Positions 1 through 12,505 of a DNA stretch of 64,000 bases are shown here, piece after piece (the stretch's first letter is position 1; each line of letters starts with the position of its first letter). The DNA is taken from contig JANJGN010000021.1 in NCBI GenBank assembly GCA_026770705.1, positions 14,942,001-15,006,000 on the forward strand, in the 5' to 3' direction. A program made the translations under genes and the position numbers. The notes under the pieces were generated by a model, which searched no databases, was not told the origin of the DNA, and worked only from the letters and a program-made list of their open reading frames with translations. The stretch comes from Isurus oxyrinchus (taxonomy: Eukaryota).

Positions 1-802
1 CTCAGGTTGAGTTCTGACGCTCTTCAAACATAATAACATAAGTCAACAAATAGCCCATGTACTTGGTACTTTGCAAGACTTCATTCTGTTCTGTCTCATC
101 TATTTTTACAATGCTTTATTGTCACTTTATCCTCAGCAGTCAGCGACATAATCAATGGGCGTCCATTCTACTTCCATAAGTTCAATTTCCATAACTGTGA
201 TGGACCAGAATACCAGGCAGCACCAGAATACACTGAATTCAAAAAATGAAACTGTTTTAAAATTCTTAATTGGTGGCACAATCAGACAAATTACATTTTG
301 GAATGTCCCACACTGATTTTATTAGACATTATTCGGCCAAAGCAAGAGAGCTGTCAGAATCCTTTCTCCAAAATGACTATAATTCAGAGAGTGGCTCAGT
401 CCACTGGAAGCCCATACACAGTATTTGGTGGGTTCCCACGGAAATGTCTACACGTGATGGGTGCATGGTACCGTCAACGGGCAGCAAAGTTTGAGTAACT
501 TTTATAAAATTTATTTAAGGCACGTGCACGTGTGTTTGTGCCTGAAAGTGCACCGCACGCGCGAGTGGTTGAAGAGGAAATTTTCCTGATTTATTTCTTC
601 TTGATTGGCACTGGGGTTTTATCTATTTTGTTTTTTCTCTCCCAGGAGATTCCACAGCTGCTGGTGGATAAGGAAGCGTCTAGTTCCATTGCTTTGTATA
701 TCATGACCGTATGGGCCGCGTTCGGGTTGTCTTTGCTTCTGGTCATTTACATTTTACTGCACATAATATTCAGAAATCCACACAAGTACAGAAGGAAACT
801 GG
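1..802 (-). other. Putative long 5'-UTR (leader) exon of a minus-strand host gene; main CDS lies left of the window
   Basis: Minus strand has a pyrimidine tract and acceptor (TTCTTCTCCTCCTGCCATACTCCTTTTAAG|, AG at 803-804; alternative AG at 799-800). Unique, repeat-free, CpG-retaining sequence with about 18 ATGs and only short ORFs. It pairs with the donor at 20943. Confidence 0.6.
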
Positions 803-1327
803 CTTAAAAGGAGTATGGCAGGAGGAGAAGAATTAAAATAAAAAAGTCATTCTTTATTTGATAAATCACAGCAAAATTGATGGCATATTTTTTCTCTACA
901 AAGCTTATCTATCACTATTTGAAAAAAGGGAAATTTAAATATAACTCATGAATTGGTTACTCAACACCTTGTACTATATAAAACATTACTAATAAAGGAT
1001 AAAATAAAATTATTCTGGTCAATAAAATTATTTTGACACTATCCACAATGGACCACAAATATATTTTTGTGATTGTGAGGATGTTTTCTCATGCGATGAA
1101 ACTGTTATTACTTTAAAAAATAGGCTGTTAAACAGAACTATATTTATGCTAATATACTGAAAAAAAATTAAAATCTCATTATACTAAAACAGAAAGATTT
1201 CTAAGGGACTGGACACCTCTTTTCCACAGGTTTTCAGGGCTACAGATAATGTGTTGTAAGTACCATGGTCTTTACTGTATCCAATGCAGTCAGCCACATC
1301 ATATAGACTGAACCAAGCGAGTTGGAG

Positions 1328-1890
1328 ACAAAAACAGAATTACTTGGAAAAACTCAGCAGGTCTGGCAGCATTGGCGGAGAAGAAAAGAGTTGACGTTTC
1401 GAGTCCTCATGACCCTTCGACAGAACTTGAGTTCGAGTCCAAGAAAGAGTTGAAATATAAGCTGGTTTAAGGTGTGTGGGGGGGTGGGGGGGGGGGGGGA
1501 GAGAGAGAGAGAGAGAGAGAGAAGTGGAGGGGGTTGGTGTGGTTGTAGGGACAGACAAGCAGTGATAGAAGCAGATCATCAAAAGATGTCACAAACAATA
1601 GAACAAAAGAACACATAGGTGTTAAAGTTGGTGATATTATCTAAACGAATGTGCTAATTAAGAATGGATGGTAGGGCACTCAAGGTATAGCTCTAGTGGG
1701 GGTGGGGAGAGCATAAAAGATTTTAAAATATTTAAAAATAATGGAAATAGGTGGGAAAAGAAAAATCTATATAATTTATTGGAAAAAAAACAAAAGGAAG
1801 GGGGAAACAGAAAGGGGGTGGGGATGGAGGAGGGAGTTCAGGACCTAAAGTTGTTGAATTCAATATTCAGTCCGGAAGGCTGTAAAGTGC
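1328..1890 (-). repeat. 3' pseudo-LTR of the PLE (left arm of the inverted repeat)
   Basis: Reverse complement of 4645-~5190 with few mismatches. Confidence 0.92.
1389..1427 (-). ncRNA. Minimal type-I hammerhead ribozyme-like motif (PLE; CUGUCGA core)
   Basis: AGUU-CUGUCGA-A-GGGUC(AUGAG)GACUC-GAAA-CG-UC-AACU: 4-bp stem I, 5-bp stem II, palindromic ACGU in place of stem III. Confidence 0.7.
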
Positions 1891-4594
1891 CTAGTCGGAA
1901 GATGAGGTGTTGTTCCTCCAGTTTGTGTTGGGCTTCACTGGAACAATGCAGCAAGCCAAGGACAGACATGTGGGCAAGAGAGCAGGGTGGAGTGTTAAAA
2001 TGGCAAGCGACAGGGAGGTTTGGGTCATTCTTGCAGACAGACTGCAGGTGCTCTGCAAAGTGATCACCCAGTTTACGTTTGGTCTCTCCAATGTAGAGGA
2101 GACCACATTGGGAGCAACGAATGCAGTAGACTAAGTTGGGGGAAATGCAAGTGAAATGCTGCTTCATTTGAAAGGATTGTTTGGGCCCTTGGACGGTGAG
2201 GAGAGAGGAAATGAAGGGGCAGGTGTTGCATCTTTTGCGTGGGCATGGGGTGATGCCATAGGAGGGGGTTGAGGAGTAGGGGGTGATGGAGGAGTGGACC
2301 AGGGTGTCACGGAGGGAGCGATCCCTATGGAATGCCGATGGAGGGGGTGAAGGGAAGATGTGTTTGGTGGTGGCATCATGCTGGAGTTGGTGGAAATGGC
2401 GGAGGATGATCCTTTGAATGCAGAGGCTCATGGGGTGATAAGTGAGGACAAGGGAGACCCTATCATGTTTCTGGGAGGGAGCAGAAGGCGTGAGGGCGGA
2501 TGCACGGGTGATGGGCCGGACACGGTTGAGGGCCCTGTCAACGACCGTGGGTGGAAAACCTCAGTTAAAGGAAGAAGGAGGACATGTCAGAGGAACTGTT
2601 TTTGAAGGTAGCATCACCAGAACAGATGCGATGGAGGCAAAGGAACTGAGAGAATGGGATGGAGTCCTTACAGGAAGCAGGGTGTGAGGAGCTGTAGTCG
2701 AGGTAGCTGTGGGAGTCTGTGGGTTTGTAATGGATATTGGTGGACAGTCTATCACCAGAGATTGAGACAGAGAGATCAAGGAAGGGAAGGGAAGTGTCAG
2801 AGATGGACCACGTGAAAATGATGGAGGGGTGGAGATTGGAAGCAAAATTAATACATTTTTCCAAGTCCCGACGAGAGCATGAAGCAGCACCGAAGTAATC
2901 ATCGATGTACTGGAGAAAAAGTTGTGGAAGGGGGCCGGAGTAGGACTGGAACAAGGAATGTTCCACATACCCCATAAAGAGACAGGCAAAACTGGGGCCC
3001 ATGCGGGTACCCATAGCCACACCTTTTATTTGGAGGAAGTGAGAGGAGTTGAAGGAGAAATTGTTCAGTGTGAGAACAAGTTCAGCCAGATGGAGGAGAG
3101 TAGTGGTGGATGGGGATTGTTCAGGCCTCTGTTCAAGGAAGAAGCTAAGGGCCCTCAGACCATCCTTGTGGGGGATGGAGGTGTAGAGGGATTGGACGTC
3201 CTTGGTGAAGAGGAAGTGGTTGGGGCCAGGGAACTGGAAATTGTTGATGTGACGTAAGGTGTCAGAGGAATCACGGATGTAGGTGGGAAGGGACTGGACA
3301 AGGGGAGAGAGAAGGGAGTCAAGATAACGAGAAATGAGTTCTGTGGGGCAGGAGCAAGCTGAGACGATCGGTCTACCGGGGCAGTTCTGTTTGTGGATTT
3401 TGGGTAGGAGATAGAAGCCGGCCATCCGAGGTTGGGCGACTATCAGGTTGGAAGCTGTGGGAGGAAGATCCCCAGAGGAGATGAGGTCAGTGACAGTCCT
3501 GGAAACAATGGCTTGATATTCAGTGGTGGGGTCATGGTCCAGGGAGAGATAGGAGGAAGTGTCTGAGAGTTGACGCTCAGCCTCCGCGAGGTAGAGGTCA
3601 GTGCGCCAGACAACAACAGCACCACCCTTGTCAGCGGGTTTGATGACAATGTCAGGGTTGCACCTGAGGGAATGGAGTGCAGTAAGTTCAGAGAGAGAGA
3701 GATTAGAATGGGTGAGAGGAGCAGAGAAATTGAGACGACTAATGTCGCGCCGACAGTTCTCAATGAAAAGATCAAGAGAAGGTAAGAATCCAGAGGGGGG
3801 GTCCAGGTAGAGGGAGAATATTGGAGGTGGGTGAAAGGATCCGTTGAATGGGGAGAGGACTCCTGCCCAAAGAAGTGAGCCCGGAGACGAAGATGGCGTA
3901 AGAAGAGTTCAGCATCATGCCGAGCCCGAAATTCATTGAGGTGAGGGCGTAAGGGTATGAAACTAAGTCCTTTGCTGAGCACTGAACGTTCAGCATCGGA
4001 GAGGGGAAGGTCAGGGGGTATGGTGAATACACGGCTGGGGCTGTGATTGGAAGATGGGGTGGGGACGGAGGGACAGGCAGGGGTGTAGGGTCCTAGATGG
4101 GTGTTGGTGTCGATGAGTTGTTGGAGCTTGCGTTCCTTAGCACTTGAGAGAAAGAGAAAAAGTTTCTTGTTGAGACGTCGGATGAGCCGAAGAATAAAAT
4201 GAAACTGGGGGCACGCGCAGCTTTGAAAAAGGGTACGGCGGTGCTGCTGGAGGGAGAGGTTGAGTGTGTTCATATGGCAGCGCATGGCACTGAGTGTGGA
4301 TCTCAGAATGTGACGGGAACAGCAGTCCGAGAAACGTTTTATGTCCCGGAGATACCGGTAATCCTGGGTGGGTTCGAAAGATGAGGGGTGGAATTTCAGT
4401 TGAAATCCACGTGGGGTAATTCGGAGACGGAGACAGTCACTGAGAAAGGAGATATGGCTGTGAAAGCGGGTTTTAGTAAACACCTTGTCAAGCACCAGGA
4501 GGGAAATGGAAAGCAATGAAGGTGAGCAAGGCAAAAGAGAGATACGGAAATCTTGTCGCAGAGAAGAACAGAACTTCTTCAAGGAGGTAGGCAT
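1838..4594 (-). pseudogene. Disrupted PLE RT/GIY-YIG polyprotein
   Basis: Three consecutive ORFs (3443-4594, 2565-3425, 1838-2431) join into one protein. Lesions: frameshift at the G-run 3795-3801, frameshift near 2568, and a TGA at 2561-2563 (probable CGA>TGA). Confidence 0.9.
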
Positions 4595-4644
4595 TTCTTG
4601 GAAGAGCAGTGACAGTCAATTAAACACAGAGATAAAAACAAAAA

Positions 4645-5229
4645 GCACTTTACAGCCTTCCGGACTGAATATTGAATTCAACAACTTTAGGTCTTGAGCT
4701 CCCTCCTCCATTCCCACCCCCTTTCTGTTTCCCCCTTCCTTTTGTTTTTTTTCCAAATAAATTATATAGATTTTTCTTTTCCCACCTATTTCCATTATTT
4801 TTAAATATTTTAAAATCTTTTATGCTCTCCCCACCCCCACTAGAGCTATACCTTGAGTGCCCTACCATCCACTCTTAATTAGCACATTCGTTTAGATAAT
4901 ATCACCAACTTTAACACCTATGTGTTCTTTTGTTCTATTGTTTGTGACATCTTTTGATGATTTGTTTCTATCACTGCTTGTTTGTCCCTACAACCACACC
5001 AACCCCCTCCACTTCTCTCTCTCTCTTCCCCCCCCCCCCAAACACACCTTAAACCAGCTTATATTTCAACTCTTTCTTGGACTCGAACTCAAGTTCTGTC
5101 GAAGGGTCATGAGGACTCGAAACGTCAACTCTTTTCTTCTCCGCCGATGCTGCCAGACCTGCTGAGTCTTTCCAGGTAATACTGTTTTTGTTTTGGATTT
5201 CCAGCATCCGCAGTTTTTTTGTTTTTTTT
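4645..5229 (+). repeat. Inverted 5' pseudo-LTR of the PLE with a ~35-40-nt tail extension
   Basis: Inverted copy of 1328-1890 plus an extra TTTGGATTTCCAGCATCCGCAGTTTTTTTG... tail absent from the left arm. Confidence 0.92.
5092..5130 (+). ncRNA. Minimal hammerhead ribozyme-like motif (PLE)
   Basis: Same motif as 1389-1427; predicted cleavage after C5126. Confidence 0.7.
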
Positions 5230-6789
5230 CAAGCTAGTTGGAGTCTGGTTTGCACCTTGGAACAAGTTAACTCAGTCCATCCTCATAGCACTTTTAACTG
5301 AAGACTTTTAACTGCAAATACTTTAACCTGTGCACGCATGCACTGGGCTACTTATGGTTGAGGATGGGGATGTTCATAGTACAAGATAATTGACTGGATC
5401 AGGCTCGCACAGATCCATTTGTTGTGGGACTGCTTATCTCTACCTACAGCTTGCTATTTTTGATAGTTATCATGTATACAGCCCTACGACATAGCTTCAC
5501 TAGGTTTGCACCTCATTCTAAATATACGTGTGGTACTTTTCCTGGCATGTTCTTTTTTGCATCCTACCTTGATCCAGGGTTGGTCTCCAAGCTTGATTTG
5601 ATCAAGGAGTGATGGACATGCTGGATCACAAGAATGCAGGATTCTCATCAGGATTCAGATCACACTCATCCCACCCTATCACCTGCTCCCTCAGTCGTAT
5701 ACCATCACAACTCATGACCACCCACCCTCCCCTCCATCTCTGCAACCCCATGGCTGCTGATATCATTCATTAACAAAGGGAGGTGGGCGAGTGAATGGAA
5801 GTGAGAATAGATAGGTTAAAGTTTTCCAAATTGCCTTCCTCCACTACTCGCACCCCTCATTCAGTCATCTGATTTGTCCTCTAATCCCTTGACTAGTTCC
5901 CTCCGACTCTCCATTTTGTTGCCTCCATCCCTTTCAAAAACCTCTGCGGAGTATTACTCTCGGACCAAGGCTTTAGTTACCAAGCCAGCAAACCTCTCCA
6001 CTTTCCCTTTGTCTCTCCGCTAAGTGCCCTCCTCAGAATAAATGCTTTCAAGCATTTTTCTGCACATGGGAAACACTGCAGAAATGCAGGCTGCTGTTGA
6101 AAAAGGGACTACTCAGTTGCACAACATACCAGAATGGCCCAAGGCACCATGGTGTGAGAAGCAGGTCTGTCCCTGATAACACACACACAATGTGTTCTCA
6201 ATTTCAAGTTTTGGCTGCAGTATTAGATCCCGTATAATGCAAACTGTGAGTGTGTTATATTTTGTTACTAACAATTAATGACAGCAATCTCTCTAATTAA
6301 ACAGAAAGAATGGACCAAGAAAAAGAATAATGAAATGAAGTTATGTACGTTGAGGGTTATAAAATGGTCTCTAGAACAAGTAATCCCCTTTAGGTCCATT
6401 TATAACCTAGTCAGGAATGACAATAAAAAGAACACTTTACATAGAGCAAAAAGAGAACACTTTATTAATAATGGGCAGACAAGTGGCAGGCATCAAATAC
6501 AGCACTCCTAATTCTAAGCCACAGAATTATGCTAATACGATGCAGCAGACAGTCCTATCTTCAAATTAATTCAACAATTTTTTGAGTTCCATGGTGGAAG
6601 TACACTGCTCTCATCCACAACTAGTGAACAAAGTATGCGTTTTTTTAAAAAAAACTAGTGAGTTTTGTCCTTCTCAAGATAAAGGGTTTCAGTGATGTGG
6701 GATGGAATGTTTACAATATCCAGTATTCCTTGACATTTTTTTGTGCCATAAAATTCAAAAGCCCTCTCTGCTCTCCCTCCAGCATTGCA

Positions 6790-7035
6790 CTTTACTGCCA
6801 AGCATCAACAGGCACTATTTGAAGAAAAGCATTAAGTTCTCCCAGCCAATAGTTTTCTCATTATCATCATCAGGAGTAAACTGGCCAATCATTTCATTGT
6901 CTTTTGTGTGACCTTGCAATATGAAACACTATTATCATGTCTGCCTGAATATGAATAGTGCCTACCTTTTAAAGCAATCCAAAGTTTGAGTGATGTGATG
7001 TGATAAGGTATTATGTACATGGAAATGCTTCCTTT
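6790..7035 (+). mobile_element. Old Deu-type SINE remnant
   Basis: Degenerate similarity to 31190-31465 (GGCACTATTTGAAGAA...GTTCTCCC). Confidence 0.4.
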
Positions 7036-7529
7036 AGGCTTCATAACTGGAACTGGAGTCTTGCATGGTTATGCCAAGAGTTTACAGCCACACTTGAAAT
7101 GATTTAAGAGAGATGGACACCTCAGCTACTGCCACACTTAAATCCCAAAATTCACAATATAGAAAAGTTCAATGCAAACACAACTCTTAACTACAGCAGA
7201 TTGCATAAACTGACTGGTCAAAAAAGCTGCCATACCTCCACCTTTCGGCAGGTCAGTAAATGTCTATAAGCGCTGCCAAGATGTTCAAGCACTTCATTTG
7301 TTTATTTATCAAGAAATGTAAGACAAAGAGCTACGGCTCAGAACACCACTAAGACTGAAACAAATAAGGATACTTAGTCGGTATATGAATGTTGCATTCA
7401 TACTGTGCGCAAATCATACCTGAACTAAAATGTCAGTCAAATTTTTTCTCTTATTCTCAATACAGGACCAGGTTTTACAATATTTCTTAAATTTTCAACT
7501 GCTTGCACTTACGCACATAATGATTTTAA

Positions 7530-8050
7530 CTTAGTAAAATATCCCGAGATACTTCACAGGAGCATTAACAACAACTGATACCAAGCCAAATGAGACATCA
7601 GCACAGGGGACCAAACACACGGGTCAAGGAGGTAAGCTTTAAGCAGCATTTTAAAGGATGAGACACAGATGGAGGGGGTAAAAAGACATGGGAGGGGAAT
7701 TCCAGAGCTTAGATCTGAGATGGTGAAGACATGATCAGCAAAGGAAGTGGGGGAGCAAAAGAAGGCAAGAGGCCAAAATTGGAGGAACGCAGAGTTCTCG
7801 GGTGGTTGTAGGATTAGAGGTGCATACAGAGATACTGAGCACCAAGGCCAATGAGGAATTTGAAATGAAAATGACCATTTTAAAATCAAAGTGTTGGAAG
7901 ACTGGGTGCCAAAGTAGGTCAGCAACCACAGAGGTGATGGGTGAACAGGACCCGGAGTAAGTTAGGAGGTAGGCGAGGTTTTGGATGAACTCACATTAAT
8001 GGAGGGGAGATGAGGGAAGGTCAACCAGCAGAGCACTGGTACAGTCAAAC
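7530..8050 (-). mobile_element. L2-like LINE 3' fragment
   Basis: Degenerate ORF2 C-terminal-like translation (ORF 7554-7925, SSFKMLLKAYLLD) followed by an L2-like 3' end. Confidence 0.55.
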
Positions 8051-8351
8051 TCCTTTAGTTGGTAAATGATTAATAAAAATATTTCAAGTCCTTTCACTAC
8101 TCTTTGCAATGTTTCACTTGAACAGTCAAAGCATGAATTGTGCTAGTAGAGGGCGCAGTTTACTCAATGGTGATTAGCAGTGGATTTACTACCAGATTTC
8201 CCTGGAGTTAAGTCACTATGAATCCAAAATCCTCCATTTCCTTCACTGGCATCAGTAATCTTACAGATAACCCAATGCCTCATTGGGAGGTTTCACAGGC
8301 TCTGATGGCCATACATATTAGAAATCATAAGGTGAACACTAAGAATTACTA

Positions 8352-8486
8352 AAATAAAAAAGGGTCATTCAGACGCAAAACGTCAACTTTGTTCTTCTCC
8401 GCCGATGCTGCCAGACCCGCTGAGTTTTTCCAGGTATTTTTTATTTTTTGTTTTGGATTTCCAGCATCTGCAGTTTTTTGTTTTTA
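8352..8486 (+). mobile_element. Severely 5'-truncated Neptune-type PLE 3' end
   Basis: Matches 5103-5229; perfect 14-bp TSD ACTAAGAATTACTA (8338-8351 / 8487-8500). Confidence 0.88.
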
Positions 8487-9094
8487 ACTAAGAATTACTA
8501 GACACATCTCCACCTGAACAACAAGTACTCAATTTCCTAAATGAAGAGAAATGTAATATTTTTTAGCACACGTGAAAATTCCTGACATGTTCGTGACAGG
8601 GCTAAAGGATATAACAGGACAAGAAATACAATGGGGTTTTTTTTTTAAACATTTCCATCTGGCATTATTTCAGCCTGCAACAGTCAAAATAAACAAGTGG
8701 GGACAGGGAGATCAGCAAATCCAGCCGTTCACTCCCTTCACACATTTTACCTCAAGACTCAGGCGCCGATGCAGGGAATGGAGGAAGGGAATTGTTTACC
8801 TGCAGCTTCAGGTAAAATGTAATTGGGTTTTAATTAGGGGGATAGTTTAATTCCTGCGAGAGGTAACAACACACCTGGTTCCCACTTCAGGCAAATTCCA
8901 TTTGGGAGTTCAATTACACACCTGGGCGTTAGCCACTAGAGGAAATTGAGGATTTAGGATTAGTAAAATGCAAAACTATGTTTGATCAAAACTATCACTA
9001 ACACAGAACGTAAAATCTTTACAGTGCTGAACAAGGTCACCTTAGTATGTGTCCTGTTTGCTCCTGATTGACAGTGATCATTAATTTTTTTTTA

Positions 9095-10270
9095 AGTGTG
9101 AAGTGATACATTTTGGTAGGAAGAATGAGAGGAGACAATTTGAAATAAAGATCAGAATTCTAAAGGGAATGGAGGAAGAGAGAAACCTAGGAGTACATGT
9201 GCACAAACTGTTGAAGGTGACATAGCGGGTTGAGGAAGCGGTTAAAAAGGCCTACAGGATCCTGTACTTTATAAACAGAGGCATAGGAAGTTACAACGAA
9301 TCTTTATAAAACACCGATTGGAGTATCATGTTAAATTCTGGGCACCACACTTTTGGAAGGATGTGAAAGGCACTGGAGAGGATGTAGAAAAGATTCGCAA
9401 GAATGGTTTCAAGGATGACAGACTCAAGTTTACATGGACAGGTTATAGAAGCTGGGGATCTTCTCCTTAGGGAACAGAAGATTGGGAGGACATTGGATAG
9501 AGGTGTGCAAAGCCATGAGGGGTCAGGACAGGGGTAGTAGATCATGAGAAACTGTCACCATTGGCGGTACAGTCAAGAACCAGAAGGTTCAGATTAGCTA
9601 AAGGGTCAAAAGCGACATGAGGATTTTTTTTTTTAAAAAAGCAACCTGTTTTTTTAAAAATTCATTTATGGGAGGTGGGCACCACTCACTAAGCCAGCAA
9701 TTACTGCCCATCCCTAACTGCCCTTGAGAAGATGATGAGTTGCCTTCTTGAACCATTGCAGTCCATGTGGTGCCACAGAGCTGTACTGGAGGGAGTTCCA
9801 GGATTTTGACCCAGTGACAGTGAAGGAACGGCCGATATATTTCCAAGTCAGGATGGTGAGTAACTTGGAGAGGAACTTCCAGGTGGTGTTCCCAAGTGTC
9901 TGCTGCCTTTGTCCTTCTCGATGGTAGTGGTTGTGGGTTTGGAAGGTGCTGCCTAAGGAGCCTTGGTGAGTTTTGGTTGTGCATCCTCTAGTTGGGACAT
10001 GCTGCTGCCACTGTGCGTCAGTGGAGGGAGTGAATTTTTTGTGGAAGGGGTGCCAATCAAGTGGCTACAATTGGGGATTCACTCCCTGGGAGGTTGGTGG
10101 AGGCAGATTTAGTTGTGGCTTTCAGAATTGGAAAAACACCTGAAAAGGCTAAATTTACAGGGCTATGGGGAAAGAGTGAGCAAGCGGGATCAGCTAAATC
10201 ATGCTTGCAGAGAGCCAGCATGAACTTGGTGGGCCGAAAGGTCTACTGTGATGTAACCATTCGATGTCTC
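9095..10270 (+). mobile_element. CR1 LINE 3' fragment, interrupted by a minus-strand family-B LINE fragment (~9655-10066)
   Basis: CR1 ORF2-end motifs (AAGTGTGAAGTGATACATTTTGGTAGGAAGAA, TTCTGGGCACCACAC); the insert matches 34130-34520. Confidence 0.8.
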
Positions 10271-10495
10271 TGAAGTGAAGATTGTTCAAGAAGGCAGCTC
10301 ACCATCTTCTCGAGGGCATTTAGGGATGGGCAATACGTGCTGGCTTAGCCAGTGATGCCCACCTCCCATAAATGAATTTTAAAAAAAACAGGTTCCATTT
10401 TAAAAAAAAAATCCTCATGTCGCTTTTGACCCTTTAGCTAAACTGAATCTTCTGGTTCTTGACTGTACCGCCAATGGAGACAGTTTCTCATCTAC
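9537..10495. repeat. Local inverted duplication (~215-bp arms, 9537-9753 and 10284-10495)
   Basis: Arms are diverged reverse complements and both include the CR1 / family-B LINE junction. Confidence 0.88.
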
Positions 10496-11514
10496 AGTAG
10501 CCAGAGATTCACCATACCACATTTTTCTGTTGCTGTGAAGCTATACAGCAGGATAAACGTATTATAATTGAAACCAAACTTGCCTCATTTTGGAACTGGG
10601 AGTCCAGTTTCAGACCACCCACATCAGATCGCCTCACACCGCCTATCCTTCATACCAGCTACATTATAGCTGAAACTGATGCAAAGCCTACATTTTAATC
10701 TTTAAAATGTAAGTTTAAAGAGTTCCCAAGTGATCCATTGGACTGCTGTTAAATTTTTAATGTTAAAAATGAGCCAACTGTCCTGTTAGCCCTTTACTCA
10801 GATCAAAAATCTCACCAGCTTTCAGACCGCAGTTAGCAGAGCCCTGTGCTTGTACTTAAGTATGCAGACAGAGTCTCCAGCTGTCTCAACCCTATTCTCT
10901 GGGCCTTCTTCCCTAAACTCCTTAACTTTGCAATTTTCCCTCCGTGTCTTTAAAAGCCTCATCAAAAATCTATACCTTCAGTCATTTCTTAACTCTTCTA
11001 GCCAGCTCTGTCCATTTCTCTTGTGGAATGTTTCTATATGAACCATGTATTACAAGTCCAAAAGCTGAAACTGTGTTTTCCTACCTGACTTGGGAGCTGC
11101 AGAGACAGCAATATAATCGAGTGGTCTAAAACAGGTATTGGTGTCAAACCTGTACCCACGATATAAAGACAGCATTCGGAGTCAATAAGCAATGCCTACG
11201 TGCACTGCAAGGATTGATTATTCCAGCAGGTCAAATCTAAATAGTCCACACCCAAATATTTGGTCAATGCCTGGCAGCAAATCAAAAGCACAAAGTATTT
11301 TCAAAGCCAAAAATCAAAAATATAGGTCCCCACGTCAAGATAGGTTCTCATAACATAATGACAACTGATGACAGCATTTTTTATATTCCTTAATAACAAC
11401 TGTGCTCTCAGCCAGTCATTTTCTTGTAAGTCAGGTAATACAGAAATGTTTCATGTTGATTAGAAGCATGCAAATTGAGGTGTGGTCACTAAGCTGGTAA
11501 TTCAAAAAAACCTC

Positions 11515-12505
11515 ATTTATTTACTATCTATATTAATGACTTGGAGGAGGTGGCAGAGTGTAATGTATCCAAATTTGCTGATGATACAAAAATAGGTGGG
11601 AGGGCAAGTTGTGATGAGGACATAAGGAATCTGTAAGGGGATATAGTTAGGTTGAGTGGGTGGGTGAAAACTTGGCACTTGGAGTTTAATGAAGGAAACT
11701 GTGAGGTCATGCACTTTGGTCAGAAAAATCAAAAGGCAGACTATTATTTAAATGGGGAGAGTCTCCAAAAAAATGCAGCACAGAGGGATCTGGGTGTTCT
11801 TGTAAATGAAACACAAAACGTTAGTATGCAGGTTGCAGCAAGTAATTAAAAAGGCAAATGGAATTTTGCCCTGTTTTGCTAGGGGGCTGGAGTTTAAAAA
11901 TAGGGAAGTCTTGTTACAACTGTACAGGGCGTTGGTGAGACGGCACCTGGAGTACTGTGTACAGTTTTGGTCGCCGCATTTAAGAAAGGATATACTGGCA
12001 TTGGAGGCAGTTCAAAAGAGATTCACTAGCCTGATTCCTGGGATGAAGGGGTTGACTTATCAAGGATGGCTAAGCAGGTTATTCATTAGAGTTTAGAAGG
12101 ATGAGAGGTGATCTTATTAAAACATAGAAGATTCTAAGGGGGCTTGGCAGGGTAGGTGTTGAGATGATGTTTCCACTAGTGGGGGAATCTCGAACTAGGG
12201 GACATAGTAACAGAATAAGGGGACACTCATTTAAAACTGAGATGTGGAGGAATTTCTTCTCTCAGAGGTTAGTGAGTGTCTGGAATTCTCTACCCAGAGA
12301 GTTGTGGAGGCTAGATCACGAAAAGTATTTAAAGAGGAGGTAGATAGATTTTTGAAATATTGGGGAGTTGAGGGCTATGAGGAGCTGGCACGAAAGAGGA
12401 GTTGAGGCCTGGGGCAGATCAGCCATGATCTTATTGAAAGGCGGGGCAGGCAAGAGGGGCTGAATGGCCTACTCCTGCTCCTCTTTCTTATGTTCTTATG
12501 TTCTC
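11515..12505 (+). mobile_element. CR1 LINE, 5'-truncated (~1 kb)
   Basis: KFADDTKIGG; [24 protein letters not shown] (ORF 11806-12096); (TTCTTATG)n tail. Confidence 0.92.

Larger units (their letters stand above)
1328..5229 (-). mobile_element. Near full-length Penelope-like retroelement (Neptune-type) with inverted pseudo-LTRs
   Basis: RT motifs (DVQSLYTSIPH, GVAMGTRMGPSFA, YIDD), Cys-rich linker (CPRKRCNTC) and C-terminal GIY-YIG (LVYCIRCSQCGLLYIGETKR). Inverted repeats at 1328-1890 and 4645-5229. TSD CAAGCGAGTTGGAG (1314-1327) / CAAGCTAGTTGGAG (5230-5243). Confidence 0.93.

Noticed and set aside
532-807. 91-aa hydrophobic + strand ORF resembling a two-TM protein
   Set aside because: Non-ATG start, antisense to the putative leader exon; hydrophobicity follows from T-richness
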